In this document: piece by piece, positions 27,602 to 41,329 of the stretch
How the letters are laid out: every line of letters begins with the position of its first letter
Numbering within the stretch: the stretch's first letter is position 1
Assembly: GCF_006345805.1 (NCBI RefSeq)
Contig: NC_042997.1
Coordinates: forward strand, 75,144,001 to 75,208,000
Source: Octopus sinensis
Lineage: Eukaryota
DNA length: 64,000 bases
Direction of reading: 5' to 3'
The notes under the pieces: model-generated
Seen by the model: only the letters and a program-made list of their open reading frames with translations
Told to the model about the DNA's origin: nothing
The model's database searches: none
Position numbers and translations under genes: made by a program

Positions 27602-30600
27602 GAAGATGAGCCTCATGCTGAATAACAACATGGATGTACAAACCCAGGCTCCCCATTCAAAAACAAATCTAATCCAATAACATCGATGGAATTAGATAAA
27701 GGAACCTGTGGAAGACTTGAAGGAAGTGGCCTTTTAACAAAAATACTAAAAAACATGAAATTTTACTTCCATACAAAGCAGAGTTTCTCCTACACACGGT
27801 GTCTCAATGAAACATGTACAAAATACACATGCAATATCAACACTGGAAAATTTACAAATTATAAAATAGAAATAGAACAAAATAGTAAGTACATAAATTG
27901 AGTAATTATGCATACACTCAAATGTCTACACAATCATATATACATTTTGATACCCATAGGACTACACATACATCTCAATGTTTACACAACTACGTGAAAT
28001 TTACAGGACACACATTCACACATATGAAAGCACTTGTCACAAACAAAGCAAAAACAAAATCAAAACTTTTTTCTTTTTTATTTTCATTTTTCGAACTAAC
28101 ACAGACAAAGTAAACCATTCGTAAGTTTAAAAACACCACACAAAAAAACCTATGTTCAGAGATAAATCTATCAACAAAAAAAATACAGACGAATACAGAT
28201 CTGCTAGCCTTAAGAAGCTACGTTACATGCAATGTTTACATGCAGAGAACATGGAGACAGTGTTGTCTCAAAAAATTAACCCTAAACAGACAGATCCGTC
28301 CCCAAATGTCAACATCGAAGCTCATCATGCCTCGTTAACTAAGCAAAATACAAACTGGAATGGTCATCGACTGAATTACAAAAGACCACGTACTCGAATG
28401 TTGAACCAGATTCGGGGCGAAAAATCAGCTACTGGTTCAAATCTTCCTGACACACAAGAGCTGGAAGTACCCAACAACTGGAATATTCCAACAGTTGGCC
28501 ATCCATGCTTGTCATCAAATAACCAAAAGAAAAAGAATGAAAAATGGTCTAGGGAAGATAATAAAGAAGTTCTTACAGCCTTCTAACATGTCCCATAGAT
28601 AAATCTAATACTGTACAAACCTACTTAAACTGGAGACAGAAACACCCTGAAGTAAGACCCTACATAGACAGTAACAAACTTGCCAACGTCAGAAGAAACA
28701 TTATGAAAAAAAATTACTGACTGAAGTAGAGATTGACCAAATTAAACAAGCATTAAGGGATAAAAAGAACGAAGCTGCCGCTAAAGAAGATACTACAGTG
28801 GAAATAATTGTAGACCAATCCAAATCTGATGAAAATGCAGTAATGATTGAAAGAGTTAATGTAATTGATAGACAAAGTGAAATACTCTCTGAACCAACCA
28901 TAAACACTAAGGCAGATGAAAATCAAATAGATGAAGCAAGTCACACAAATATTGACCCAACAGAACTACATGATCTGAAAAATCAAATCATGATTGAATG
29001 GCTGAAAATTAAAGAAACCAGAATGGATGAACGTGATTACTCTCCCAAAAATTCGCAATTCTAACCGAAAACTGGAAAATAATTGGTAAAATCTGCCTTA
29101 CACTTAAGGATATAATTTCAGCTAATGATGTTGATATCACAGATCTCAACCACCTGTACTTATGCATCTGCGAAAGTCTCAATGATTTTATGTGGTGAAA
29201 AGATTAGAAAATGACAACATTCTCACAAAAAGCCTTCTTGGCAAGAGTGTATTCAACACCAAATTAAGCAACTTAGGTCTGACATTGAATGTTTGAAAAA
29301 CCTTAAGTTTGACAAGACTACCAAACCTACAAAAACCTGAAAATTAAAGAAAAAATATATGAAAACCATACTTGACATTGATACCACCATAGAAACCATC
29401 AAGCAAAAGGTATGTACTAAAGCTGCCCACATAGCAAGGTATGAAAAGCACATTAGATTCTTCAAGGACAGCAACATGTTAAAAAATAACACCAAAATCT
29501 TTAACAGGAAGGTAGGGAAAACACCAGTTACAGTAAAGTCTGTCCCATCAAAAGTAGAAGTGCAGGAATTTTGGAATAAAATTTGGGCAGAAGAAAAAAC
29601 ATACAATGAAAAGGCCCCTTGGTTTGATAGAATATCTACAGACTTAGACTCCTTAGAGGAGCAAAAGTGGGTGGGTATCAAGGTAGAAGATATAAGATCT
29701 GCTCTCAGGAGGTCAAGCAAAGGGAAGTCTCCAGGAAAGAATAAAATTTCTAACTTCTGGTTGAATGCCTTCCCAGAGAGCCATGAACTGCTAACAGAAC
29801 TTTACAATGGTGTTTTTCAACACCCTAGTATGATTTCCTCTTGGCTAGTTAATGGTTTAACATTCCTGCTTCCAAAAAATGAAGAAATAAATGAACCAAA
29901 AAATTATAGACCCATAACCTGCTGAACAACAATGTATAAAACGCTAACATCTGTCCTGACTGAATATACCTATAGTTTTTTTATAGAAAGCAGCATATTC
30001 CCTAATGAGCAAAAAGGATGTAAATGTGGATCCTATGGTTGTAAAGATCAGCTACTCATCAATAAGATGATCTTAGAAGATTGCCGCAAGTGCCTACTCT
30101 GCAAAACTTTTTGTCTGTAAGTATGAGATCATGGAGAACCACACTGACTTTAAATGGTGACAATGAATCTCTAAATACTGGAGATGTAAAAATTTCATGT
30201 GGCATTTCCAGGGTGACTTACTATCACCACATTTTTTTTTTCTAGCCTTAATACCTCTCTCAAAATTACTCAATGATGTACAGTATGGTTATAAAATGTT
30301 TGAAAAAAATATTAATCATGGATGATTTAAAGCTCTTTGCAAAAAATGACCAACAACCCAAGGGCTTACTAGTGATTGTTAAACAATTCAATGATGACAT
30401 CAGAATGCAATTTGGCCTCAATAAATGTGCAAAAGCTACCTTTATCAAAGAAAAAATGACAGAAACAGCTAACATTAACCTTGACCAGCAGTATGTTATA
30501 AAAGAGTTAAACCCAGCAGAGAGCTACAAATACCAAGGGGTACTTGAAGGGGATGGAATCAGGCATTCAGTGATGAGGGAAAGGATCAGGAGAGAATGTT

Positions 30601-31905
30601 ATTGCAGGGTGACAGCAATACTCAAGACAGAGCTGAATGCAAGAAACAGGATCGAAACAATCAATACTTTAGCCATACCAGTCATGACTTACAGTTTCAA
30701 TACCATTAACTAATCAATTACTGAAATACGTAATCTTGACAGAAAAATACGAAAACTATTGACAATGCATAGAATGCACCACCCTAAGGCAGATACAGTA
30801 CAACTTTATCTGCCAAGAAAAGAGGGAGGCCATGGAATTTTACAACTGGCATTAACAATGAAGATTGCCACAACTGGCCTAGATACCTACCTGAAAAACT
30901 CTGAGGCCTGGATGTTAAAACTTGTCTCAAAACATGAAAACAAGAAAGCATCATACTCAGTAACAAAACAGGCAAAGGAATATCTAAGTGAATTCCAAAT
31001 ACAACAAATTCTGGAATTACCCATCAATGGATAATGGCCTCTGGCCTAAAATCTGAAACAAAAGGGTTTATCTTAGCAGCCCAAGATCAATGCCTACCTA
31101 CAAGAAACTACCAGGCCAACATATTAATGAACACGGCAGCTTCCCAACATGTTGTGTATGTCAACAACAAAATGAAACCATTGATCATGTTGTCTCCAAG
31201 TGCAGTCTTCTTGCACCCACAGAGTATCTCAAAAGGCATGATATAGCTGCACAATATATTCACTGGATAATTTGCAAAAACCTGGACCTGCCCCATGATA
31301 AAAACTGATGGGAACACAAACCACCTCCAGTGCTTGAAAATGATCGCATCTCACTCCTCTGGAACTTCACCATTCAAACTGACAGAAAGATAGAAGCAAA
31401 TAGGCTAGACATCATATTGAAAGACTTCAGACAAAAATCATGTCTACTCAGTGATATGACTGTCCCAATCGATATAAATGTATCTGTCAAGACCTACCAA
31501 AAACTGAGCAAGTATAAAGATCTTGAAATAGAAATTAGCAAAATGTGGAACCTGGAGACTAAAACAATACCTGTTGTCATTGGTGCCCTGGGAATGATAA
31601 CAAAAGGGGCTGATTGCTACCTAGCTCTGATACCAAGAAACCCCAAAATGGCAGAAATTCAAAAGATAGTGCTCATGGGAACTGCCCATATCCTATGCAA
31701 AATACTTTCTATGTAATCTCAAGTTTTAAAACAAATACGTAATTTGCTTATGGTTTCTTAAACATTCTCTAGAACAACACTATATACAAAACCAAATATA
31801 TAGCACCCTAGGCATAACATAAACATGAACTTCTAACTTGTCTCTTGAGGTCTCTGGGTGAGACTTGGACCAACTTGTACAAATGTAAAGTAAAAGTCAA
31901 ACATA
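27602..31905 (+). mobile_element. R4/Dong-type non-LTR retrotransposon (RT + CCHC + restriction-like endonuclease), degenerate
   Basis: KSPG, NYRPITC, EQKGC..GCKDQLLI, MDDLKLF, CCVC..ETIDHVVSKC, RHD, LWNFTIQTD..NRLDI, KYKDL, PVVIGALG; flanked by (TAA)n. Confidence 0.88.
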
Positions 31906-31906
31906 A

Positions 31907-31952
<46 letters not shown>

Positions 31953-31989
31953 TAATAATAATAATGTCAATAATAATAATAATAATAAT

Positions 31990-33440
31990 AAAGCTGTTCA
32001 CAAAAACAGAGCCTGAAATGGAGAGGCTGGTTGAGATTGTGCAAATGCACAGTAAAGATATCGGGATGGAATTCGGTATCTCAAAGTGTGTGGTGCTTAC
32101 TTTGAAGCAAGGGAAAAGAGTAAACTGTAAGGGCATAGAATTTCCAGAGTGAGAATGGAAGACCCGGATGATGATAGGTACAAGTACCTTGGGATCCTGG
32201 AGCTGGACAACATCTTGCATAAAGAATTGAAAAACAAGATCATCGCTGAATATTTCAAGTGCCTTAAACTTCTCTTGAAATCAAAACTCAACTCAAGGAA
32301 CTTTGTGACTGCCATCAACATATGGGCAGTTGCTGTAGACGCCTATAGTGCACCCATCTTGAAATGGATACAAACGGAGATTAACCAACTCAATCGCACT
32401 ACCTGAAAGACAATGACAATGTATGGTGACCTCCACCCTAAGGCGAATGTACACAGGCTTTACATAAAGAGGAGTAAAGGTAGACATGGGCTAATTAGCA
32501 TATGAGAGTGCATCAACAGGGAAAGAAGAAACATGGCAGAATATTTGGTAAATAGCAAACAAGACCTACAGTATGTTACTAATGCAGAAGGATTTAACAA
32601 AAATAGACTTGAGAGTGTTCATGAATTCTAATCAAGAACAGCCGAGAGAGAAGAAACTTTACCCCGCATGGAATTACATGGTCAGTTCCACCTTGAAGCC
32701 AACAAATTAAAAGACCAAGAAGTATCATGGGCGTGAGAATATATACCACACAAGTGCAATGAACCTCTGCAGAATGTGTGGGAAGTGGGTCAAAAGCATG
32801 ACTCACATGGTTAGTGCTTGTGAAAGTTTTGCGCAGAAAGAGTACAAGCATAGACACAACAAGGTAGCCCAAAAATCTCCACTGGCTACTATGATATAAG
32901 TATGGATATGATGTTATGGGTGCTTGGTACCAACATACACTGGAGAAAGTAATGGACAAAGAGGGGAAGGCAAAAATCCTCTGGGACTTTGACTTCCAGA
33001 CAGACACAGTATCAGAGCACTGAAGTCTGGATATAGCAACTTTTAGGAGGGACAAACAAGAGTGCCTAATAATTGACGTGGCAATGCCAGATCAACATAT
33101 CATCATAAAAGAAAGAGAAAAGATTAATAAATATGGAAACATGAGAATTAAGATCGCTTAGATGTGGCAGGTTTGAGAGTCAAACATAAAGGTTATCCCT
33201 ATGGTCATTGGTGTATTGGGTTCAATACCACCCAATCCGAAAAAACATCTGAATACTTTAGAAATACCCTACAATTTAGGCATATTGTAAAAGTCAGCAT
33301 TATATGGAACTGCATGCATATTGCATAAAGTACTGTCTGCCTGAGGTCCTTGTAGTGACTTGATAAACAGTACAAACCCCTGGTAGATGCAATATCTTCA
33401 ATCAGCAGCTTCACGATATTGTATATTGTGTGACATATAT
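31990..33440 (+). mobile_element. Second, 5'-truncated R4/Dong-type element (different family)
   Basis: DIGMEFGISKC, YKYLGILE, LWDFDFQTD and VIGVLG in translation; between (TAA)n tracts. Confidence 0.8.
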
Positions 33441-33554
33441 AATAATAATAACTTCTTAACCAAAGTAAATAGATGGCTCAGATATGTAATTTGATCAACT
33501 GCAGATATGTAATTTGATCAACTGCAGAGGCCCTCTGCGACTGCAAGGGTTGCA

Positions 33555-35650
33555 GGGGCTTAGCAACGGCCCTGAGCAAGACACATGGTCACTTATAAAT
33601 GCAAAGACCTTCCCTGGTGAAGAATGTACCCACCAACATAGATTAGTCATTAGTGACTTTAGCCTTCAGGCCAGAAGGGTGCCAAGAAGAAGACCGATCT
33701 GGAAAAGGAGTTAGCAGCTTAAGGATCCTCTGTATGGTCAGAGATTTAGGGACATCCTAATTGAGAAATTTGATGAAGAGGAGGAACTACAGATTTGTAA
33801 CATAGAGGTCAACTGGGAATTCCAATGAGACCGCTTGCTGAGTACTACAGACCAAATCTGAAAATGGTGTAAAGTCCCATCCAGACCAAGGGTGATGTGG
33901 AATGATGCTGTAGACAAGGCCATTAGGGCAAAGAAACTGGCCTGGAAGTGTGGTGGTAGCAAGTCATTGTATCAGACAGCCAGAAGGGAAGCTACAAGTA
34001 GTTTGCCAATGTTCTGTGACATGAGGACCAGAAACTTGAAGTGTTTTGGATTGCAAGACAGGTTGTGGGAGAAAATTGTGATGTTATAGGAAAAATATGT
34101 TTACATGGATGATGGTTCACTTGCATTTAATGACTCTGCAAAGAAAGAGGCTTGAAGACACCATTACAAAAGGCTGCTAAATGAAGAGAATGAATGGGAG
34201 AAGGAGAGTCTGCCAAATGTTGACCCAACTGAGGGCCCAACCATCTGAATCAACAGTACTTTGGTAGATAAAGCAATTAAGGACATGAAGATAGGAAAAG
34301 CCCCCAGCCTAGCAGGAATCACTGCTGAGATGCTTAAAATATCCAGTGATGTAGGATATGGTCTAATCACCTATATAGTTAACCAGGTTGTACATGAAAG
34401 AGTCATACCCAATAACTGATGTAGCAGCACCATAGTCAACTGCTACAAAGGTAAAGGTGGTGCCTTAGATAGAAATAATTACAGAGGCATTAAATTGTTG
34501 GATCAGGTGATGAAAGTCATGGAGAGAGTCATAGCCCAACTAATAAGGGAGAGAGTTAGTCTAGATGAGGTGCAGTTTGGTTTTGTGCTAAGGAGAAACA
34601 TCACCGATGCTATATTTCTAATAAGGCAGCTGCAGGAGAAATACCTAGCCAAAGATAGACCTCCATATATGGCTTTTGCTGACTTAGAGAAAGCCTTCAA
34701 CAGAGTACCCCGACCCCTTATCTGGTGGTCAGTGAGGAAACTAGAGAGACAAGTGGTTGGTGAGAGCTGTATAAGCCATGTACAGGAATGCTGTCAGTAA
34801 GGTGAGGGTTGGCGACGAGTACAGTGAAGAATTCAGGGTACAAGTAGGGGTCACCAAGGATCAGTCCTCAGCCTCCTCTTGATCATCTTAGTCCTCCAAG
34901 CAATAACAAAGAAATTTAAGATGACCTATGCTGTTAACTTGTTCTTATAGCTGAATCACTACCAGAACTAGAGAAGAAGTTTCAGGTGTGGAAGCAAGGT
35001 CTAGAATCAAAGAGCCTTATCAAAAATCAAAGTCTTAGTAAGTAGGAAAGCAGACAAATCACAAATCCTCTTAAGTAGATGGTCCTGCTCAATCTGTTGG
35101 AAAGGTGTAGATAGAAATTCCATCTGATGTACCCAGTGTAAGCTATGGACATATAAGAGGTGCAGCAATATCAGAGGAAGTTTAACGAGGAAACTAGTTT
35201 TTGTGTGTGGCAGATGCACAGGTACAATTAACACTAAAAATGTACAGAAAATAGGGTTCATCAAATGTCAGAGGGGAAAACTAGAAGTTGGTGATAACTT
35301 CCATTACCTAGGTGACCAAGTCAGTAGAATAAGAATAGGTTGGTCAAAGTTCAGAGAGCTCCTACTTCTGTTGGTAACAAAGGTTCTCTCGCACAGAGTG
35401 CAAAGTAGATTGTTTGATGCCTGTGTGTGAACAGCCATGCTACACAGTAGTGAAACATGGGTTGTTACTGCCAACGACATGCATAGGCTTGAAAGAAATG
35501 AAGTTAGTGCGCTTCGTTGGATGGCCAATGTCAGTTTGCATGTACGACAGCATGTAAACGTCTTGAGAGAAAAGTTGGGCATAAGAGGCATCAGATGTGG
35601 TGTGCAAGAGAGACAACTGCATTGGTATGGTCATGGGATGTATATGGATG
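33555..35650 (+). mobile_element. Degenerate RTE-clade LINE
   Basis: QHRLVISDF, NYRGIKLL, AFADLEKAFNRVPR, HQGSVLS, FHYLG, SETW, RQLHWYGH. Confidence 0.85.
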
Positions 35651-35774
35651 TCCTCATGGAAGCAATGACAAATAATCAAGACCTTTGACAATATGTTGTG
35701 TTTGAGAAGAAGATCCATCAAGCCAAGTGAAATTGTAGTCATAGTAGATACTGGTGTTGTGCAATTGATGCTCA

Positions 35775-35962
35775 TGCCAGTGGCACGTAAAAGCACACAT
35801 TAAATTCTCGGAGTGGTTGGTGTTAGGAAGAGCATCCAGCCATAGAAACCATGCTAAATCAGACTGAAGTCTGGTGCAACCTCTCAACTTACCAGCCCTG
35901 GTCAAACAGTCCAGCCCATACTAGCATGGACAACAGATGTTAAATGTTGATGATGAAGATGA
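35775..35962 (+). mobile_element. SINE-like repeat fragment with (GAT)n tail; longer relative on the minus strand at 37337-37855
   Basis: Shared ggcacgtaaaagcac..ctcggagtggttgg..aggaagggcatccagc core. Confidence 0.6.
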
Positions 35963-35963
35963 T

Positions 35964-36004
<41 letters not shown>

Positions 36005-36007
<3 letters not shown>

Positions 36008-36165
36008 GATGGGTTTCTTTCACTTTCCATAGACTAAGTCCACACACAAGGCTTTGGTTGGTCTGAGGCTATAGTAGAAGACATTCGCCCAAGGTGCCAC
36101 AAATTGCGACTGAACCCAGAACTATGTGATTGGAAAGCAAGCTTCTTATCACACAGCAATTCCTG
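36005..36165 (-). mobile_element. Degenerate 5' part of the 4211-type SINE
   Basis: Similar to the reverse complement of 4215-4370. Confidence 0.6.
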
Positions 36166-37336
36166 TAGAAATAAAATAGAAATTTCATATCTAGAGTTCA
36201 GTAGGTCAATATAGTTCTAAGATCTAAACAGGATATTAGATTTATCCAGTATAGAAAGCCTGCACTTCTTTGATACATTAGCACATGATGTGGATTGTTC
36301 CACACTGCTCTACTTAATAGTGAAGCATGTCTGGTTGTTTGTTGTTTAATAGACTGGAGGATTATTACCTCATTTGGAAATGAAAAAAAGTTGTCAGCTA
36401 GGGTATCAGACCAGTTTTAGCCAAACTGAAATGGATTCTCACATGGAAAATTTTTGCATGCATCACCCAGAAAACTATTTTATTGCTTTAATTTGTTGCA
36501 ACATCACATATTTATAGTGCATAGAAAAATGTAAATGCTTATGCCATTTTAAAAACAGGGGTCATGTAATGACATAACTGGAAATCCAGTTATGGAAATT
36601 CAGTTATTTAGAAAGTTGCCTGTTAGATTCCAGTTAGTTAGGTTCTTGTTGAGTATGGTTAATCTGTTTGTAAATAGTGTTAGTTTTAGTGTAAGATTTT
36701 TTTTTTCATTTTGCATGTGTTGTATGTCATTGGATAGGCAAAAATAATTAGAGCCTTGGACAAAATACCTTGTGCTATTTAGTTATGATACTTTCATTTG
36801 TAAGTTCAAATCCCATCGAAATCAGTTATGCCTTTTATCTTTTTGGGTCATTTTAATGACCCAGATATTGTGTCTACCAGGGGTTTGCACCAATCAAGTA
36901 CTGGAGTTGATAAAACAACTCACCCCATTCCCTCAGAATTCCCTAGTGCCTCTAAATTAAAAACTATTATTATCTAATGGGAGGTGTAGAAACTCAGTCT
37001 TGAGACAGTCAGTTCTGAGTTCAAATCTTGTTAATCAATCTTGAGGTCAATAAAATAAGAAACAGGTAAATAGTAGGCTTTATCCAATCAAGTGTTTCCT
37101 CTCCCAGAATATGTAAGCTATTTTAGAAAATGCTAGCAGAATTGTTAGAGCAATATTTGTGAGCTCAAAATCCACCAAGCTCAGCTTTGTTTTTTATCAT
37201 TTCAGGGTTGATAAAATGAGGCACCAGTTAAATACTGAGGTCAATGGTATTAAATAACTCCTTTGCTGTTCTTGTGCCTAAATTAGAAACAATTATTATT
37301 ATTAAGACATTTCACAGTATCCAATATTGTGATATT

Positions 37337-37855
37337 CATCATCATCATCATCATCATCGTTTAGCGTCCGCTTTCCATGCTAGCATGGGTTGGATGATTT
37401 TGACTGAGGGCTGGCGAACCAGATGGCTGCACCAGGTTCCAATCTTGATCTGGCAGAGTTTCTACAGCTGGATGCCCTTCCTAATGCCAACCACTCCGAG
37501 AGTGTAGTGGGTGCTTTTTACATGCCACTGGCACGGGGGCCATTCAGGTGGTATTGGCAATGACCTCACTTGAATCTTTTTACACGTGCCAGTGAAGCAA
37601 CATTGGTAACGATCACGCTCGAATGGTGCCCTTTTACATGCCAGTTGGCTGCTCTGGCAATGATCACGCTCGGATGGTGCTCTTGGCACCCTACTAGCAC
37701 ATGCACAAGTGCCAGTAAGGCGACGCTCGTAATGATCATACTCGAATGGTGCCCTTTTATGTGCCACTGGCACGGAAGCCAGTTAGCCGCTCTGTCAACA
37801 ATCACACTCGTATGGTGCTCTTTGCACCTCGCTAGCACGGATGCCAGTCATCGAA
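37337..37855 (-). mobile_element. SINE-like repeat with internal ~60-bp subrepeats and (GAT)n tail
   Basis: Repeated gatcacgctcgaatggtgcc units; similar to 35775-35962. Confidence 0.6.
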
Positions 37856-37875
37856 TTGATTTTGATTTTGATATT

Positions 37876-38157
37876 GATTGAAGATATTGTGTTTACTGGG
37901 GGTTTGTACTGTCTGTCAAGTCACATCAAGGACCTCAGACAAACAGTACTTTATACAATATGTGTGCAGTTCCAAGTAATGCAGATTTTTGCAACACACC
38001 TAGATTGTAGGGTTTTTCTAAAGCTTCTAGATGTTTCTTCAGGTTGGGTGGTATTGAACCCAATGCTCTAATGACAACAGGGACAATCTTTATGTTTAAC
38101 TCTCGTAGTTGCCACATCTTGGTAATCTCAATTCTCAGATCTCCATATTTATCAATA
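37876..38157 (-). mobile_element. 3' fragment of R4/Dong-type element
   Basis: IDKYGDLRIEITKMWQ..PVVIRALG..ALLGTAHIL; similar to 33120-33400. Confidence 0.8.
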
Positions 38158-38384
38158 TGACAAGGTCTATTTGAAAGTGGGAGTGAGCTAATGTACAGCA
38201 CATGCATTTGATTACTATAAAGAAGTCATTTGTGCAAGTAGTTCAGCAAAAACTGAACAGTCATATGTTGTCTTCGACAGAAGAGACCATCATCATCATC
38301 ATTATTATTGTTGTTCTTTTTGTTTGGAAAACAGAATTTACAAAATACCAAAAAATGCATTGCAATATCTCATTACTTCCTTTC

Positions 38385-38625
38385 GTGTCTTTAATTCTTT
38401 CTGAGTCAATAAAATATTCCTTTCTACTATAGGTTCAAGGCCTGAAATTTGGTGGGAGGTAGTTAGTTGATTACATTGATCCCAGTGCTCATCTGGTATT
38501 TATTTCATCAACCTCAAAAGGTGAAAAGCAAGCAACTAAACCTTGACAGAATTTGAACTCAGACTGTAAGGATGGACAAAATGCTGCAAAACATGTTGTC
38601 TGGAGTGCTAACAATTCTACCAGCT
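38385..38625 (-). mobile_element. Old degenerate tRNA-SINE (relics also at ~36740-36970 and 37110-37300, + strand)
   Basis: B-box-like gagttcaaattc and a central domain shared among the three relics. Confidence 0.45.
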
Positions 38626-40407
38626 TGCCATCAAATCTCAACCCAAGCTGTGAATGAATGGCCTTGTGACTGTGTTTTAAAAACACATTGTCAATACCAT
38701 CATTTTATCATTAAAATGTAAATTGCAGCAGACCTTACAATCTAATTTCTCACTTAGTTGCTTGTTTTTCTGGTCACTTACTACAAATACAAGTGGAATC
38801 AAGGTAAAGCTGTTTCCAATATTGAGATATTCATCACCTAACATTGTTTGGGCCTGACTTGTTCTCCATCTTTGTGTATGTGCATGTGAATGTATATTGT
38901 TTGAGTATTTTCCTATATAATCACATATTTTGTACAAATAAATGGCAGTCATTTCAGACAACAAAACTGATGTAACCATCATCATGGAAATTGACCAATT
39001 GCCCAAATCTGTGGCCTTCTAACCAAAGCACAACATCAGATCCTACATATATATATATATCAGCATTTTTAATGCTAAAATGCTGATTGTAGATGTAATG
39101 AACTGTCAAGGTTAATGAGTGATAGAATATCAATATTGCATGTGTATAACATCACAGTATAAAAAATTGCAATAGTGATTCAGAAGGATTCTGGGATCTT
39201 TTCTCTTTGGCTGCCAGTATTCAATCTCTTCAATTTTTGCTTGAATTGATTTCATATTTGGTGTAATGATATAGTTTTATATGCTAATCACTGCTTTTGT
39301 TTTCACAATAAATCAATAAATATAGAGTTATTAGATTTTAATGTTTGCAAAATTTTGAGTAATTTTAGCCAATCGTAAGCCATAGACAAATTCCTGCCTG
39401 TTTCCAAAGTAGCAAAGCCAAGCATGGGAACTCTTTTGTCTGTGAGAAAGCAAGTGTTGACAAATGATTTTCACTCATTGAGGTGGCCATCAGATGTGCT
39501 AAAAATAACAGTCAAATAGGCCTTAAATCACACACCAAAACATTTTAAAATTTATTTTTGGATAATCAAATTGTGTAGAATACAAATTTGCAAAAATTCT
39601 CTGAAAACTCCAAAACATAAAAAAGTGATGAGAGGTTATAAAGCAGAATTTGATTTGTTTACACACAAAATGACAGCTTCCAAATCCTGTTTTCTAAGTG
39701 GGTGAAAATTATCAAACTTTAAACCTCTAACCTTTTTCTTAAGATTTTTCTATAAAAAGTGAAATATCTTCTGAGATTCAGCTTAGAAAACTACATTAAT
39801 GTACCAAATTTTAAAATTTTCAATAAACTTGAACTTTTGAAATTTGGCAGTCAAACTGAAAAGATCCAGATTCTGCATTAAAACATCTGACTAAACAAAA
39901 GATCAGTACCAATGGCCAATGTAGAATGCATGTAGCTGTTACATTGTGGATTACTCCATACAGAAATGAAAAAGATACCAACGAAAAAATCCACTGTTGA
40001 TACTAACTGAATGAACTTTTTTATAAACAAATCAGTATTATTTTACAAAATAATTTCATGGAAAACACATCCTATGTTTGGTACTATATGCAATTAAATT
40101 TTGATCAAATTGCTACAGATAAATGAGCCCATTTTAAAGAAGTGATAGGCTTTGTGAAGCATAGGTTGCCTCTTGAGTTGGATAATTAGTTGTATTATTA
40201 CCCTGGGAACTATTTTATGTAGGATAACTTGGTAAATTGAAAGAAAAAAATTTTTATCAATAATATCTCATTTGTTTAAAAGCATACTTTTGTTCATTTC
40301 CATAACTTAAGCCCACTGTGATTAATAGAAACATTATCATTGGCATCATCATAATTATCCTCTTTGTGGTTATAAATAACATTTTTCATAATCATTTTTT
40401 TTTCCAG

Positions 40408-40920
40408 AACACTGGAATGCAGTTTCTTCAGTTTGATGGTTCAGTGAAGAAATGCTGGTTTTACCATGACAACACGACAAAGACAAATGATGAACATGAC
40501 AAAGACAAAAATGAAAGCCATACATACACACCTTTCAACACACCATACCACCGACCCTGGAATAAGCCTGGTCACAATTCCCAACATGAGCAACATCATC
40601 ACATACCCCATCATAAATCACATCACAAAGTTCATCATAAAAATCATCACAAGGCTCACCATAAACCACATCACAAACATCATGTCTTTAAAAAACTCAT
40701 AAACATTATAAGAAAAATCGCAAAACCCATAGAAGACACTTTAGAAAAACCAAAAAATACATGTATTATGGAGTTTAACTTTATATACACATACAATACT
40801 GAAACATGCCTACTGACATACATACACACATGCACATACATACATAGATTGATTGGCTGGCTGGCTGGCTGGGTTGGTTGGTTGGTTTGGGTGGGTTTGG
40901 GTGGTAAGATGCAAGAATAA
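40408..40920 (+). CDS. Putative exon of an unknown His/Lys-rich protein
   Basis: Strong acceptor (T9)CCAG at 40407. Open frame with HHKx repeats using mixed codons. AATAAA at 40916. No upstream exon identified. Confidence 0.4.
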   Translation, partial: NTGMQFLQFDGSVKKCWFYHDNTTKTNDEHDKDKNESHTYTPFNTPYHRPWNKPGHNSQHEQHHHIPHHKSHHKVHHKNHHKAHHKPHHKHHVFKKLINIIRKIAKPIEDTLEKPKNTCIMEFNFIYTYNTETCLLTYIHTCTYIHRLIGWLAGWVGWLVWVGLGGKMQE

Positions 40921-41329
40921 ACATCGAATAGATATACACAGAATTGGACCTCGGGTCGGTCACATTCTTAAACTCCAATTTCCCAATTAGGATAAAGTCT
41001 AGCAGAATAAGAGTTGGCTATAAGATATGCAATGCTCAAGTGAGCAAAAAACTGACAGACAGTGTTGGATGGCAGTATTTCATTTATATAAGATTTTGGC
41101 AATGGTAAGTTATCATAAGAAGAATGAATAAAAAAAACTTAGTCAAAATGTGCTCCACTTCTATATTTCATTCCAGCTTACTTTTCTCTTAGTTATGTGA
41201 TCCTCCCATCTTGCCATCCCTCCTTTCTGAAAACATTGAATCAAATGGAGCCTTTTTCTCTCAGCTTCTCTTGCCTTGACAGTGTTACTAACAATAAATC
41301 TGCAATTGCTCTACTTCATACTTGAAAAT

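Noticed and set aside
27602-27665. Possible HDV-like ribozyme at the 5' end of the R4/Dong element (gagcct/aggctc pairing)
   Set aside because: Could not build P2, P3/L3 and P1.1 by eye; needs a descriptor search.
38730-38812. Possible upstream exon (AG|GTAAAG donor) for the His-rich ORF
   Set aside because: No convincing start or frame evidence without transcripts.
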